Source of the DNA: the human T2T-CHM13v2.0 reference genome, Homo sapiens
DNA length: 64,000 nucleotides
Reading direction: 5' to 3' (one strand)
NCBI RefSeq assembly: GCF_009914755.1
Contig: NC_060929.1
Positions within the stretch are counted from its first letter, which is position 1; the number at the start of each line of letters is the position of its first letter. Positions 43,761-56,654 of the stretch are shown here, piece after piece. A program made the translations under genes and the position numbers. Below the pieces are notes generated by a model that did no database searches, was not told the origin of the DNA, and was given only the letters and a program-made list of their open reading frames with translations.

Positions 43761-44035
43761 TTTCTATTTTTGTCATTTTATTTTACTAGTCACTGACTTG
43801 AAGCTCAGAGAAATAATATTTCTGAAGAAGATATTCAGGAGTCACTTGTCCACTCTAGACATGGCACATCAGGTCAAAGTGCAACAACTCCACACAAGAA
43901 GGAAATGGATCTGAGAACCTTTATCCTGAAAGGCAAGCTGGTATGTCTTAGAAGGGTGGCAGTGAAAAAAGGACTCTGCACAGATTGAGTAGAACATGAG
44001 AGTTGGGGGGAAAGGCAGCCACATCTTCTGAAGCC

Positions 44036-44499
44036 TGTTAAAAATATATATTAAACGATACTTGTCAAAATATGGTATAGACTTTATTCAGGACCATCAT
44101 GGTAGGTACAGGGACCACTGCAATGGGATCTTGCAGTGTGGGAGAGAGACTGGGCTCAACTCTGAAAACACCATGGGCAAGTGGGAATTTATAGCCAGGG
44201 AGCAAGGTGGGGGTCAGAGGATGGAAAATTACTGAGAGGAAGCATCAGGGGTAGGAGGGATTCTGGCTAAACCAATCTAACAGGATTCTTGCTGAAGACC
44301 AGCCAGGCTGATCAGACATCATCCAGAAGATGGTGGAGAATGATCAAGGATGATCAGAGGTCAAGGATGAAGGGTTATTGCTAAACTGACATAGCAAGTT
44401 CTTTGCTACACCTGGATTTTTACAAGGAAGTACACAGATGGGCCTAGGAAGAAGCTCAGAAGCCTGACTAAAGTTTGGCCAAGCAAAGAATCTTTGTAA
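44036..44499 (-). mobile_element. MER31 ERV1 solo LTR
   Basis: Reverse complement starts ttacaaagattctttgcttggccaaactttagtcaggcttctgag...ctaggcccatctgtg. Confidence 0.85.
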
Positions 44500-45325
44500 A
44501 GTTCTAATGTGTGACACAAGGGATTGAGTTAGCTAAACAAAAGCACAACTCTTGACTTTTGTCTCCTCTCCTGTCCTCTCCTCCTCCCAACAAACATTCT
44601 CCCAACTCAGTATTGAATCCTTTGAATCCTTTGATTCTCTTATTTGATACTGCTTAGATTCCTTAGGAAGCACAGCTTATGGAGCCCAAGGAAGCCAGAG
44701 AATGATTTAAAAGGAGATTCCTCCAATTCCAGTCTTCTGAAGGTTACTTTCCCATCTCATTAGGTAGAAGGACACTGGCCAGCACTCATATTCCCAGAAT
44801 GGGAGGCTATAAGCATGATTCTCTGATTTCTACCTTGAACTCAGAGACAGCCTGGAGTCAAAAAAAAGACCCTGACACAAGAGTTTCATTTGTTCATTCA
44901 TTCATTCACATATAGATACATAGATGATACATACATGTGTGTTGAGCCCGGATGTCTGCGGTCTCTCTTTTGTGCCAGAGATTGCCTATTCCCTCTTCCT
45001 GGGCATCTCTCAGGCCTAAATCTGTTACTCTTCCTGTTGCTAAATCCCCAAGTGAGCGCAGGAAGCAGACAGGAAGTCATCTGCAAGAACTGACTTATAA
45101 TGTCCCTTCCAGTCTTAACAGTTAATCACTCCAGAAGACCAGCCTCATTCATAAACATAGCTCTGTGACTGGTGCTAGTCATTTTTGATGTGATTCCTTA
45201 TGACTGATTGACTAGTAGCTTTTTAATGAGGCCTTCAGACTCTATGCCAATGGTCTTAATTACTGTTGCTGATACATTTAAAACATAACACCACTGCTTT
45301 TGAAAAACAATTTAAAGTATACAAG

Positions 45326-45358
45326 TGTAGTTCACAATATGCCCTCAAGATGGCAGTA
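45326..45358 (+). promoter_or_regulatory. Candidate CTCF site (core plus upstream motif)
   Basis: tgtagttca-caata-tgccctcaagatggcagta: core resembles TGGCCACCAGGGGGCGCTA, with a TGCAGTTC-like upstream module at the expected spacing. Confidence 0.55.
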
Positions 45359-45864
45359 CAATAATACCTTGTGCTTCACCGTATCTTCACATATTTTTAA
45401 TTCTGCTAAATTATAAAACATGTTGAGGGGGAAACTTTATCATAAGAGATTGAAAAAAATGAATTTTTTGTTTTGTATTATTCTATTATTGCTACAGGAG
45501 CATGTCTGAAATAATAGCATCTCACATCTGCATTGTACTTTAAAGTATGAAAAACACCATCTCTCCCATTATTTCACTGAATCCTCACAAAAAATGAGTG
45601 TGATGATTATTTTCATTTTATGTAATAAAGTCCAAAGATTAATTATGAATGACATACATAAAACATTATGAGTTCATGTGCTCCAGTAAGCAGCATAACC
45701 AGTTTTCCAAAGACCAGAATTCTTTCCTGCAAAAAATTCTTATCTGCTTAGCAAAAAGCAAGTATCTACAGGTCCAATAACACTTTAAATATCACAGGTT
45801 ATTGTGATCCAGTAGAGGTTTGGGGTTAAAATCATAGAATTTGGAGCTGAGGTTGTCTGATAAG

Positions 45865-45975
45865 TAGGGTGACCAACTTATCCTGGTTTGGCAACGACTT
45901 TGCCAGTTTTAGCTCTGAAAGCCACACGTCCTGGGAACACCCTCAGTCCCAAGCAAACCTGGACAGTTGGTGATG
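45865..45975. mobile_element. MER81-like hAT MITE
   Basis: tagggtgaccaac...cagttttagctctgaaag...cctcagtcccaagcaaacctggacagttggt. Confidence 0.75.
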
Positions 45976-46769
45976 AGCTTCCTGAGTCACCTGTCCATTG
46001 GTTACCTGTTGATTGTCCAACAGCACTGTGAAAACTCCTCCAACTGGTGCCCAGCACACCACCTTACACTTAATACTAGCCAATAAATTTTTGTTAAATT
46101 CTAATTCAGCTTTGTGTTTTGCTCAGGAAAAAAAATCTTTTCTGCTGTTTCCTAGGTAAGACACAATCTTTGGACTCACTCTTGTTGATGCCAGACTCAA
46201 TAGTTCAGCCATTTTGGTATCATTTTCTCATCTAGTGTCAGCGTGGTTCAAACTTCCATGAAGTTTTAGTATTCAGAGACGACTTTTTGAAAGGGGACAG
46301 CAAAGTACAGGAACTGAAAGATATTGTGCACAGAAGAGAAGAACCTTTCTCTGCTTGCCTCTACCTTAACATGGCGTAAGGCAAAACCAAGCTCTTTCAT
46401 ATTTCAGATACGTAAGCACTTCATCAACATTGAATATATATACACAAATGGTCAGTCTTTCCTTGCTTCACCCTTTAAACTCTCTTGGATATGTGAAGAT
46501 TAACATGCCCCTAAGAACCTAAAAATAAAGTGGGATCTCAGAGTTGAGGTAGACAGGAGAGTGTATGTGTGAATGTGCTCACACACAAAGTAGATGGTAT
46601 GTACACAAATGTGGGAAAACCACCCCAGACACAATTCCCTGGACATCATTGTGATTCTGCTGCCTTCTGTCCCACTCCAGAAAGCAAAGTCATTAAGTGC
46701 ATTAGGAAAGCCAAAAGACTGAACGGAAAATACTTTGGGATAAAGACGCCAATGTCCTCCTTAAAAGAA

Positions 46770-47032
46770 AAAAAATCTTTGATACTTGTGACCTGTACAA
46801 TGCTAGAAATTAAATTGTTATTCAATGTCAGAAATTAAATTGCACAATGCCAGAAATTAAATAACCAATAAATTGTTATTCCAAAAAGTGCTTTGATATT
46901 TGTACAGGTCACAAAAAATCTTTGATATTTGTGACCTGTACAATGCCAGAAATTAAATTGTTATTCAATGCCAGAAATTAAATTGCACAATGCCAGAAAT
47001 TAAATAACCAATAAATTGTTATTCCAAAAAGT
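46770..47032. repeat. 120-bp direct duplication with a 23-bp templated spacer
   Basis: 46770-46889 vs 46913-47032: 3 mismatches. Confidence 0.95.
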
Positions 47033-50000
47033 ACACTGAACATGGGGTAGCATCTATGAAAAGTGAATGGCTATAAACTTTTAAAGTCATTGTACAAGTT
47101 CACTCAAACTACTTTCAAATGTGAAAAGTAAATGTAGCTTTCTTATTTTTCTAATCTTCACCCACCCTGACATATCTTAATCTCTTCAGTTTCAACCATT
47201 TCTTTTCAGTACAAATGGCCCTTTCAGCGACATGCTGCCCCTCAGATGTTCCTCCCCAGCCTCCTCACAAAGATGGCATCCCCACATAAATCCTGTGAGG
47301 AGATGGGTGTCAGACGTGACATGGCCTGTGGCTCTCTTACCAACGCGTTCCTTGCCTCATGTCACACTGCCACATCAGCAACTGGAGTCAATGGCTGATG
47401 ATTTTTTGCGGCTTCCTCGTGTTCCTCTCTCCTGACGTGGCCCCACCGGGGCACTTCCCTCTGTGTAACCTCAAGTCTTGCTGTAAAGTCTGCTCCCTCC
47501 ACAGGCAGTGAGCCCCACGTATCCAACTGTGTGGAGGGAGGGGACTAGGGAGAAAATGTCATGAAAATGAAGTTTTGAAAATATCAAGCTGATAGGGTGG
47601 GGTTTTTTTTCCTTTCTTCTCTCCAGTAAATTAAGTTCTCAGGCTGAGAGCCATTCTGTCATTATAGCCCCCAGAGAAGGATGGAGAGGAGTGAGAATAC
47701 CCTTCAGGAAAGGATAGAATGGAGGAGAAGTTCTAACAAGCCAGGGGGAAGTGACAATTTGGCCTCTTTCAGACACTAGGAGATTATGGAGAAGAGAAGA
47801 GGACAGAAATACAGAAAGCAAGACTTCCAGTATTTGTTGTCTGACTTCTGACTTCTAGGCTATCAAAGAAGAGCAAGCTAGACAGTCTGAAGAGAAAGCT
47901 GCAGACTTTACAGAGCTACCCCCCTGCATCACACAATTCCAGGGGGGCACAATCATATGAATGGCCCTCTCAGCAGCTCCAGCCACTTCAGAGTAAACCT
48001 GGAAGGGTTATAAGGTCACATGGCATTGGGGCATTGCTAAGTCTTCCCGAGCTCCCGGGGATATGGAAAGTTGCTGTCGCTCCGTGTGGCATGTGGTAGG
48101 ACACAAAGGGGTTAATGCTGCTGACTGATAGGTTTCTTGGGCTCATCCTACAGTGCGAGCCATGTCTACAGGGCAACTACCCAGAGTGAGAACCAAATGG
48201 GAGTTCACAGCCAGATGTCAGGGGGAAACGCCATATCCCTGACCGCTGAGGTGGGTCTGAATCAATGGACAATACCTCAGAGAAGACAAGACAAAGAGAA
48301 ACTAGACCACAAGGTTGCCTGCTTCGTCAGTAAACTTCAGCAATGGGAGCCAGCAGGAGGAGCAGTGACAAAATGGAAGGGGGCCATTATTTTGGCAGAA
48401 GCCAGGGAGCACAAAGATCCACTCACAGATCACAGTCCCCTCTCCTTCCCGCCATTGCCTCAAGAACATAAGACCAGGACCCCAAGAGCCACCTTTGCCA
48501 GGGACAAGGCATTGGGCGAAGAACTGTGAACGATGAAACACTTACTGGAAAGTCAGAGACTAAAAGGAAACCATTGAAATCAGAATAGAATGATAAATCC
48601 TTACTTGCAGTTCTCCTGGCCCACACTACCCAAGAGAGTAGGAGTCAGGGAGGGGATGCATATAAGAAAAATTAGATTAATTGTCAACCACATTTTCTTT
48701 GCACTTTTATTGATAGAATAAGTTAATATGCCATTCTGCTGTAATAGTTTATAGAAAAAGTTTTTACTCTATTGATAATTCAGCAAATAGGTCCTTTAAT
48801 AAATTACTCAATCAGCTAATTGCTAGTCCATAAATCACTATTTGGCAAACTGGTGCTCTGCAAATTGGTTTTCCAGCAAACAAATCTTTTGATAAACTGC
48901 TTTTTAGTAAATTGATCTGTTTCAGCCTACAGGGAAGAAAATACAGAGAATCCTCACTCCCATGATGTTTATTTTTACTCTGTATGGTCTTAGCAACTCA
49001 AAGTTTGCACTAGCTGAAAGCACTTTAAAATATATTTATATTGCTTTCATATCAGCATCTGCAGCTTCACCATTATGGTATAAACATAAAATCTAATGAA
49101 TTGTGCATGACTAGTCACAAATCTGGTGTGAGTGGCTCTCCAAATACAGTTCTAGTCTTTTCTAAATCTTCTCGCATGACCAGAATGCAACAGAGGAAAG
49201 GGGGAAAATGGGGTTGGGAGGCAGGTGAGGCAAGGGGGGATGAATGATACAAATAACCCTGAAGCAACCTGGGCTGACCCTGTGAAAATTCACAGAAAAA
49301 CTACAAGTCTTTTTTGCCTGGAGCTTGCCTGCCCTGTGCTATCTTTGAGACACTCAGTTGTCTCTACTTCAAACCACTCTGTATTTCCACAAAATACAGA
49401 ATTCTTTGTCCTGGCTAAACTTTGCTGGTGCACAGCGTGCAACATTTTTTCTAAGGCCAACATACCAAAAGATGAGGCTTGTGTGTCCCCAGGAGCATCT
49501 GTAGTAAGACACCCTTATAATCAAAATTACCCCCAATGCCATACTTCACAGTATCCCTGCCTAATTGGTTCGATTCTAGCTCTCTTTGCTCCAACTCAAT
49601 GTATGCAAGTCTGTGTCTTCCTGATCTCCCAGAATACCAACTCTCCCCAACTCCCCTACCCTGCCCCATTCACCCCGCCACAGTACTGTCTCTTGTTCTC
49701 AGTGTCCTCTCCTGATTACTCTCCCTGCTCAAGGCTCCCCAATGGAACCTCCCCTCAATGACTTCAGCCCACATTGATATCTCCATTTTTTCTTTTTTTG
49801 AAACCCTATAAGCACTGCTTGCCTGTATCACACATTCTGGCTCTCGATACCATCTGTCTTATATTTACCTATACTATGTATGTGCCACTCCATAAGCTTC
49901 TTGAATTGAAGTGCCTTGTCTTTGTTCTGTGATGAGGACATCCATATGAACTCTACTAAAGGCTTACAGAATTTAAAGGAATTTTCAGCTGTAGCTTTGC

Positions 50001-50401
50001 TCTGATTTAGAAATAATTGTGCTTGCTCATATGCTCAAAATAGACACCATACCAAATCATTTAGTAGAAAGAATGCTTTCAAAAGGATTTTTGTAATGAC
50101 AGGGAAATATGGTATTCAGAAATGGAACTGAATTGGTTCTTTAAAAACAACTTTGGAACATAATATTCTTCTTACAAATTTGTTGAACACACAGATCTAG
50201 AGTATATAGATATTTCCGGGAAAAAAATAAATGAAGTGTTATAGAATACATTTAAGATCCAAATGAGATAAAGAGACATACCCGTAGACTTATATCTCAT
50301 TTGGATCCTAAATATATTCTATAACATTTTTTATTTCAATTAAAAAGAAGAAAAACTTAGAAAATGCAAAGGCAGAAAATAAAGAAATAATCTTCATGTC
50401 A

Positions 50402-50773
<372 letters not shown>

Positions 50774-51242
50774 CTAATAAATAGGAATCTGAAAACAAAA
50801 TAACTTTTGATGAAATGTTCATATACAAGTCTATCTTTAAATCAATAGTTTCTTAAAATTTCCTAAAACAAACAACATAAATTTGTTAATGTAGTTTATG
50901 TATATCTCCAGAGTACAAGTATTAAATGCTTGTGGGCATTATGATACATTCCTTTTGCTCTACTATGATTGGTTAATCCTTAAGGTATTGAATTTTCGTT
51001 TGGAAATGTCAGCTAGAGGTGTGAAGATATTGGAATGAAAAGGCAGAAGAAATAAAGGCTAAGAAAAAAGAAAAATAAAGAATTTTATTTTCTTTTACAA
51101 AATAAAGAATTTTGTAAAGAAAATTCTTGTAAACAAAAACAAAAGCATTTTGTAAACATAATGCTATCTATATACTGCTATGAATATTTTTGATGTGTAG
51201 GTATCTAAATGTTAGCAGTATATATTTAAAACCATAGTGACA

Positions 51243-51522
51243 GGCCGGGCACAGTGGCTCACACCTGTAATCCCAGCACTTTGGGAGGCCGAGGCGGGCA
51301 GATCATGAGGTCAGGAGATCAAGACCATCGTGGCTAACACAGTGAAACCCCATCTCTACTAAAAATACAAAAAATTAGCTGGGCATGGTGACAGGCACCT
51401 GTAGTCCCAGCTACTCAGGAGGCCTAGGCAGAAGAATGGCATGAACCTGGGAGGTGGAGCTTGCAGTGAGCCAAGATTGCATCACTGCACTCCAGCCTGG
51501 GGGACAGAGTGAGACTCCATCC

Positions 51523-51585
<63 letters not shown>

Positions 51586-51589
51586 TATA
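51243..51589 (+). mobile_element. AluY-type element with a ~40-nt A tail followed by (TA)n
   Basis: gagatcaagaccatc.tggctaacac and gaatggcatgaacc.gggaggtggagcttgcag diagnostics; TSD atagYgaca. Confidence 0.92.
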
Positions 51590-52097
51590 GCGACAAATAT
51601 TAGAAGAAATAGCTAACAGATTTGAAAATAGTACCTTTGTCTAAAGGAAAATGAAAATGGAATAGTACAGGGAACAAGGACTTGTTTTTTTCATTATAAG
51701 CATTGTAATACTAACTGATTTTTGAAACGATTCATCTATTGCTATGAAAAAATTAAAATTAAATTTTAGCAAAAGTATGAGATACTAAGAGCTGATTGGA
51801 GGCTCTGCAAGCCTGGGTGCAGTTTCTCAGTTGATAGTGACCTCAAATTGGGGTGACTGGGTAGAGAACTATATCTACATAGGAGGGGGATCTGCTGCTG
51901 TTATTAAATGAAGGCCTTTTCTCTGAAGCTGTGTTCCAGAGAAAAATCCATGAAAGGAAGTTAATAGTGTCTACAGGTGCCCAACCAAAATTTAAGTGTA
52001 AGCATATTTTTAGAGATTTGGAGATTATCATCAGAACTAAGCAAATTCAACCTCTAAGAAGAAAGACTGGTGGTGAGTAGGATAGAATAGCAAATTA

Positions 52098-52381
52098 GGC
52101 CAGGCGTGGTCACTCACACCTGTAATCCCAGCATTTTGAGAGGCAGAAGCCAGTGGATCACTTGAGGTCAGGAGTTTGAGACCAGCCTGGTCAACATGGT
52201 GAAACCTTATCTCTACCAAAAAATAAAAAATTAGCCGGGCATAGTGGCGCAGCCTGTAGTCCCAGCTACTTGGGAGGCTGAGGCAGGAGAATCGCTTCAA
52301 TCCAGGAGATGGAGGTTGTAGTGAGCCAAGATCGCTGCCACGGCGCTGCAGTGTGGTCAACAGAGTAAGACTCTGTCTCAA

Positions 52382-52412
<31 letters not shown>
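52098..52412 (+). mobile_element. AluS with an (AAT)n tail
   Basis: Full dimer; TSD aatagcaaaYta. Confidence 0.92.
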
Positions 52413-52413
<1 letters not shown>

Positions 52414-52981
52414 TAGCAAACTATTGCTTTCCATTACAAGTCCATTTTAAACATGTGCACATACTTTTAGGAACACTTAAAAAACTGAAACCTTTTCTTT
52501 CACTGCAATCCATTAGGAATCCTTTCCGAAATGTAAATAACCACTTGCCACAGGAATAGTGCCATTTTCATCTTTGTTTCTCCCACATGACAGAGTCTGG
52601 TGCTTTGCACATATTAAGTGACCGATTGCTGTTGAACGAATGCATGAACCTTGTTATATACCTTCTGCTGCATGTTCTCCATGTGCCCTTCCAGATTCCT
52701 CTTCAACTGTTTCTACTCTGTCTGTTGGGAGGCTCTTCCAGGAGACCTAACTACAGGAAGAGAAAGAGGTCCAGGTGACTGTTCCACCAGCTCTCTTTCT
52801 CTTTCTCTCTCTAGGTAGGTAACAGTTCCACAGTGGCTGTGTTCCCTGACCCAAGTTCACAACTTTTGCTAGGCAGCCTTTTTCCTATAGCTATAGCTCT
52901 CACCAGATTCCAGTAGCCACACCCTCTCCTTTTCCCTTCATATCCAGGGAAGGTAACAGCTTCCTGTGCCTACTAGTCCCT

Positions 52982-53327
52982 TGTCCTAGTCCTTTCAGGC
53001 TACTATATCAAAGTACCATAAAATGGGTGACTCAATAAACAGAAATGTTTTTTCTCACAGTTCTGGAGGCCAGAAGTCTGAGATACAGGTGCCACCATGG
53101 TCGGTTCCTGGTGAGGGGCCTCTTCTGGGTTGCAGACTGCCATCTTGTATCCTTAGGTGGCGAAAGGAGACAAGGTGTCTCTTTTATAAGGTCACTGATA
53201 CCATTCACAAGGGCTCTGCTTTCGTGACCTAACCACCTACCAAAGGCCTCATCTCCTAATATCATCATATTGGGAGTTAGGATTTCAACAGGAAATTTAG
53301 AGTGACACAAACATTCAGCCCATAACA
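52982..53327 (-). mobile_element. MLT1A/MSTD MaLR solo LTR inserted in an LTR33-like element (~52650-53460)
   Basis: 'tctcacagttctggaggccagaagtc...gacacaaacattcagcccataaca'. Confidence 0.8.
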
Positions 53328-54147
53328 TCTGTGTATGTTTCATCATCCTACCTAAACCCACATCTCTGTACACAGTCCTTTCTTTACATTTTTTCTATTT
53401 CCTTTTGATTCTTATTATTAATTTTTGTTCTACTTTCTGCTCAAACCTTGACAGATGCAACATCTACCTAATGTCTTTAATCAACCAAATTCAATACATC
53501 TTTAAGGGACACGGCATTGTGCAAAGTAATGTGGAATTATGATATGATACACTCTTGCCCTTTAGTTGTTCAGTCCAGTAAGGAAAACGGGAAGAAATAC
53601 AAATAATTATATATTCATCATACTTATACTCATCAAAGAGAAATGAAAAATATTAAAATAGGATGACTGGTAAACTCACGAAGGGCAGACAGTCTTTAAA
53701 TTAGCTTTTTTCCCCATTTTTTTACTAAAGGAAGTTTTCAAAGGAAAGTGAATGAGAATATATCTGCCTTACCCTCTGTCATAATTGGGTTAGAATAATT
53801 ACCTTAATAAACATAGTTCTGGACCTGGGACTCATTCCACAGCTATATCTTGAAATATATGTATTTCAAGATGTTTGATAGTTGATATGTGCCAATAAGA
53901 TGTATAGCAGAGTCCTAGATCCTTTAGTATTAATGAATGCCTAAATGTTATCTTAAAAAGCAGGAAATACCAGACATTCAAGAATTTACAGACTTAGAGA
54001 CATCCCAGGATAGAGGGAAAGGAAAAAACTTTCCTGACTCTATTCTTTTTTTGTCTACCCTCGTTAGCTTTGTCATGTGAGAGGTTATGGTATTTTGGCA
54101 GGAGAAGAGTGGAATTTGTAAACCAAGATTTTTTAAAATTATATGGT

Positions 54148-54390
54148 AGGCAGTGAAGACTTACCAGTTAAGAGCATGGATTTTGGAGCCAGGCCAACTG
54201 CTTGGGTTCAAATCTTGACTCTGCTACTTCTTTAAGCAAGCTGTTTAGCATCTCTCTGCCTCAGCTATGCCATCTGTACAATGAGGATAATAGCAGTCCT
54301 TATTTCATAGGATCACAAAGAAAATTAGATGAATTAAGGTGAACAGAGAACTTGCATATAGTACATGCTATTTTAGTATTAGCTATTGTA
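54148..54390 (+). mobile_element. MIR
   Basis: 'agttaagagcatgg...tgggttcaaatcttgactctgctact...ctctctgcctcag...catctgtacaatgaggataatag'. Confidence 0.8.
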
Positions 54391-54481
54391 TTTTTGGCAC
54401 TTATAAAATCATTATGAAAACCTTTCTCTGAATTACATTTGGCCTGGCATGTGGGTTGACTTCCTTAGGATAAAGAATTCC

Positions 54482-54882
<401 letters not shown>

Positions 54883-55315
54883 TTAATATTAACTTATAAG
54901 CTCTTTAAATAATAACTTATACAGAGCTCAAAGAAGGAAGAGATTGTGCTGATTTGGAAAAGGTTAGTAGATGCTTCATGAAGGTGAATATTTGAGATCA
55001 GACATTTAAAAATCAATAGGACTGAGGGAGGAAGAAAAAGTACATCTCTGTCCTCTTAGGAAAACATTTTTAGTTACCAGATTGTGCTTGTCTTTTGTTT
55101 ATAACAGGGTACACTTTCCAAAAGCACTTAATCTTCCCAAGGCCAACACTAATAGGCTCTAATGTTGTCTATTCTGGAAAAAAAAAAAAAAAAAAAGAAA
55201 GAAAGAAAGCCAAATAAAGGTTATATAACCATGTTACAAATTTTAATGCTTTGTGTGCCATTTTGCCAGAATTTTATTAAAGACTGTAAGGTCACAATAG
55301 TTAGTACCAACTTGA

Positions 55316-55338
55316 GTGTGTGTGTGTGTGTGTGTGTG
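55316..55338. repeat. (GT)n microsatellite
   Basis: Read directly from the sequence. Confidence 0.95.
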
Positions 55339-56189
55339 TTTGTGGAATACACATGTCAGCCCTTCTCTCCCTGCTTCTAAGTGGTATTCTTCTAGTTTAT
55401 TTGGGGGAAAGGAGGGTTTGGCTCTTGCCTGTCCTGAGTTAGTTTCACACCACAGCTGCTTCTCTCTGCCTCTGTTAGCAACCCCGTGGGCCATCATTCA
55501 CTTTACTGCTAGCTGCTACCAGGACACAAGGCCTGCTGCTCCCTTGAAGGGATGTTGCTAACCCCTGTGGGTGTCAGCAAAGGAGTGAGTATGGGACTGG
55601 TGTTTTTACTACCCTGACTCTTAATTTCCCCCATTCCCACCCCACTAGGATGTTCTGCCAAATTAAGTTTATACTGAACCATCTAGAGTCAGAGGGAGTT
55701 TTCTTCGTAACAACACAACTCAAAATGAGTATTAGATGTCTTTGGTCTTAAGTGTCTTCTGGACATCACACCACTGGAAATTCTTGTCCCTCTATCTTAT
55801 TGCCAGACTTCCCTCTCCTTCTCCTCCCCAAACCCTCTAATCTTCCTGATTAACCCCAGTATAAAATCTTTGTTTATTATTATGCAGATCAGTATATCCA
55901 TCTTTTGTTTCATCATCCTCTTTAAGCACATGGCCTTAGGGTCTCTCTTTCAACTCTCAAGCAACTCAGCAAGGTATTTCCCTAAACAAAAACATTTTCC
56001 TCCCTAAGACAACTCCAGTGCCAGGTGCTCAAAGGTAAACATGATGAAATGGAGAGGACTCCTCACAGAGCACACCTATAGTTGAATATGAAAGGATCAG
56101 CTCAGATAGTTATTCCTCCACTGACGTGCTAGCAAAGCTACAGAGTAACAAAGCAAAAGACCATCTTTGCTTAGTCAAATTAAATATTA

Positions 56190-56654
56190 GATTAGTTAAC
56201 TTGGGTCCCCTAGAAAGAGAGCTGAGATGGGAACTACTGAGCAAGTGCCTTATTGAATATCCTCAGGTGAAATCTGCAGAGGAATGAGGAAAGAAGCATG
56301 GGCGCAGGGAAAAAAAAACAGTCAAAGGTGTGGTTTTTGTCTAAATCTAGCTTTTGTCTGACCCCACGGGGAACTCTGGACAACAGTAACACCACAGAGT
56401 TATCTTAACTGGAGACAAGAGGGCCAGACTGTTGTACTCACGTGTCAGTCAGACGTTGACTGGGAGGAACCCTGAGGGGAGGTTGTAACTTCTCAAGCAA
56501 GTCCAGGTGAAGTGGCTCTTGTTGGCATGGGGCAATTCTCAGGAGAAGGGTACACCTGTGAGCTGTTACCAACTAACATGCAAAGCAGCAGGAGGAGGGC
56601 CTGATGCAGCCTAATGAAGAGAATGGGTAAGGAGCAACAGTAACATCTACTACA
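56190..56654 (-). mobile_element. LTR16-type ERVL solo LTR
   Basis: Shares motifs with 32533-32986 (tgggtcccctagaa...ctgaccccacggggaactctgga...ggcaattctcaggagaaggg...catctactaca). Confidence 0.7.

Noticed and set aside
46770-47032. CRISPR-like look of the repeated caatgccagaaattaaat units with short spacers
   Set aside because: The spacers are only a few bases long and are themselves duplicated; the context is mammalian and there are no cas genes. It is a tandem microduplication.
49225-49761. Longest ORF in the track (178 aa)
   Set aside because: Starts at GTG, has no recognisable domain and no convincing splice context; composition is typical of a chance ORF.
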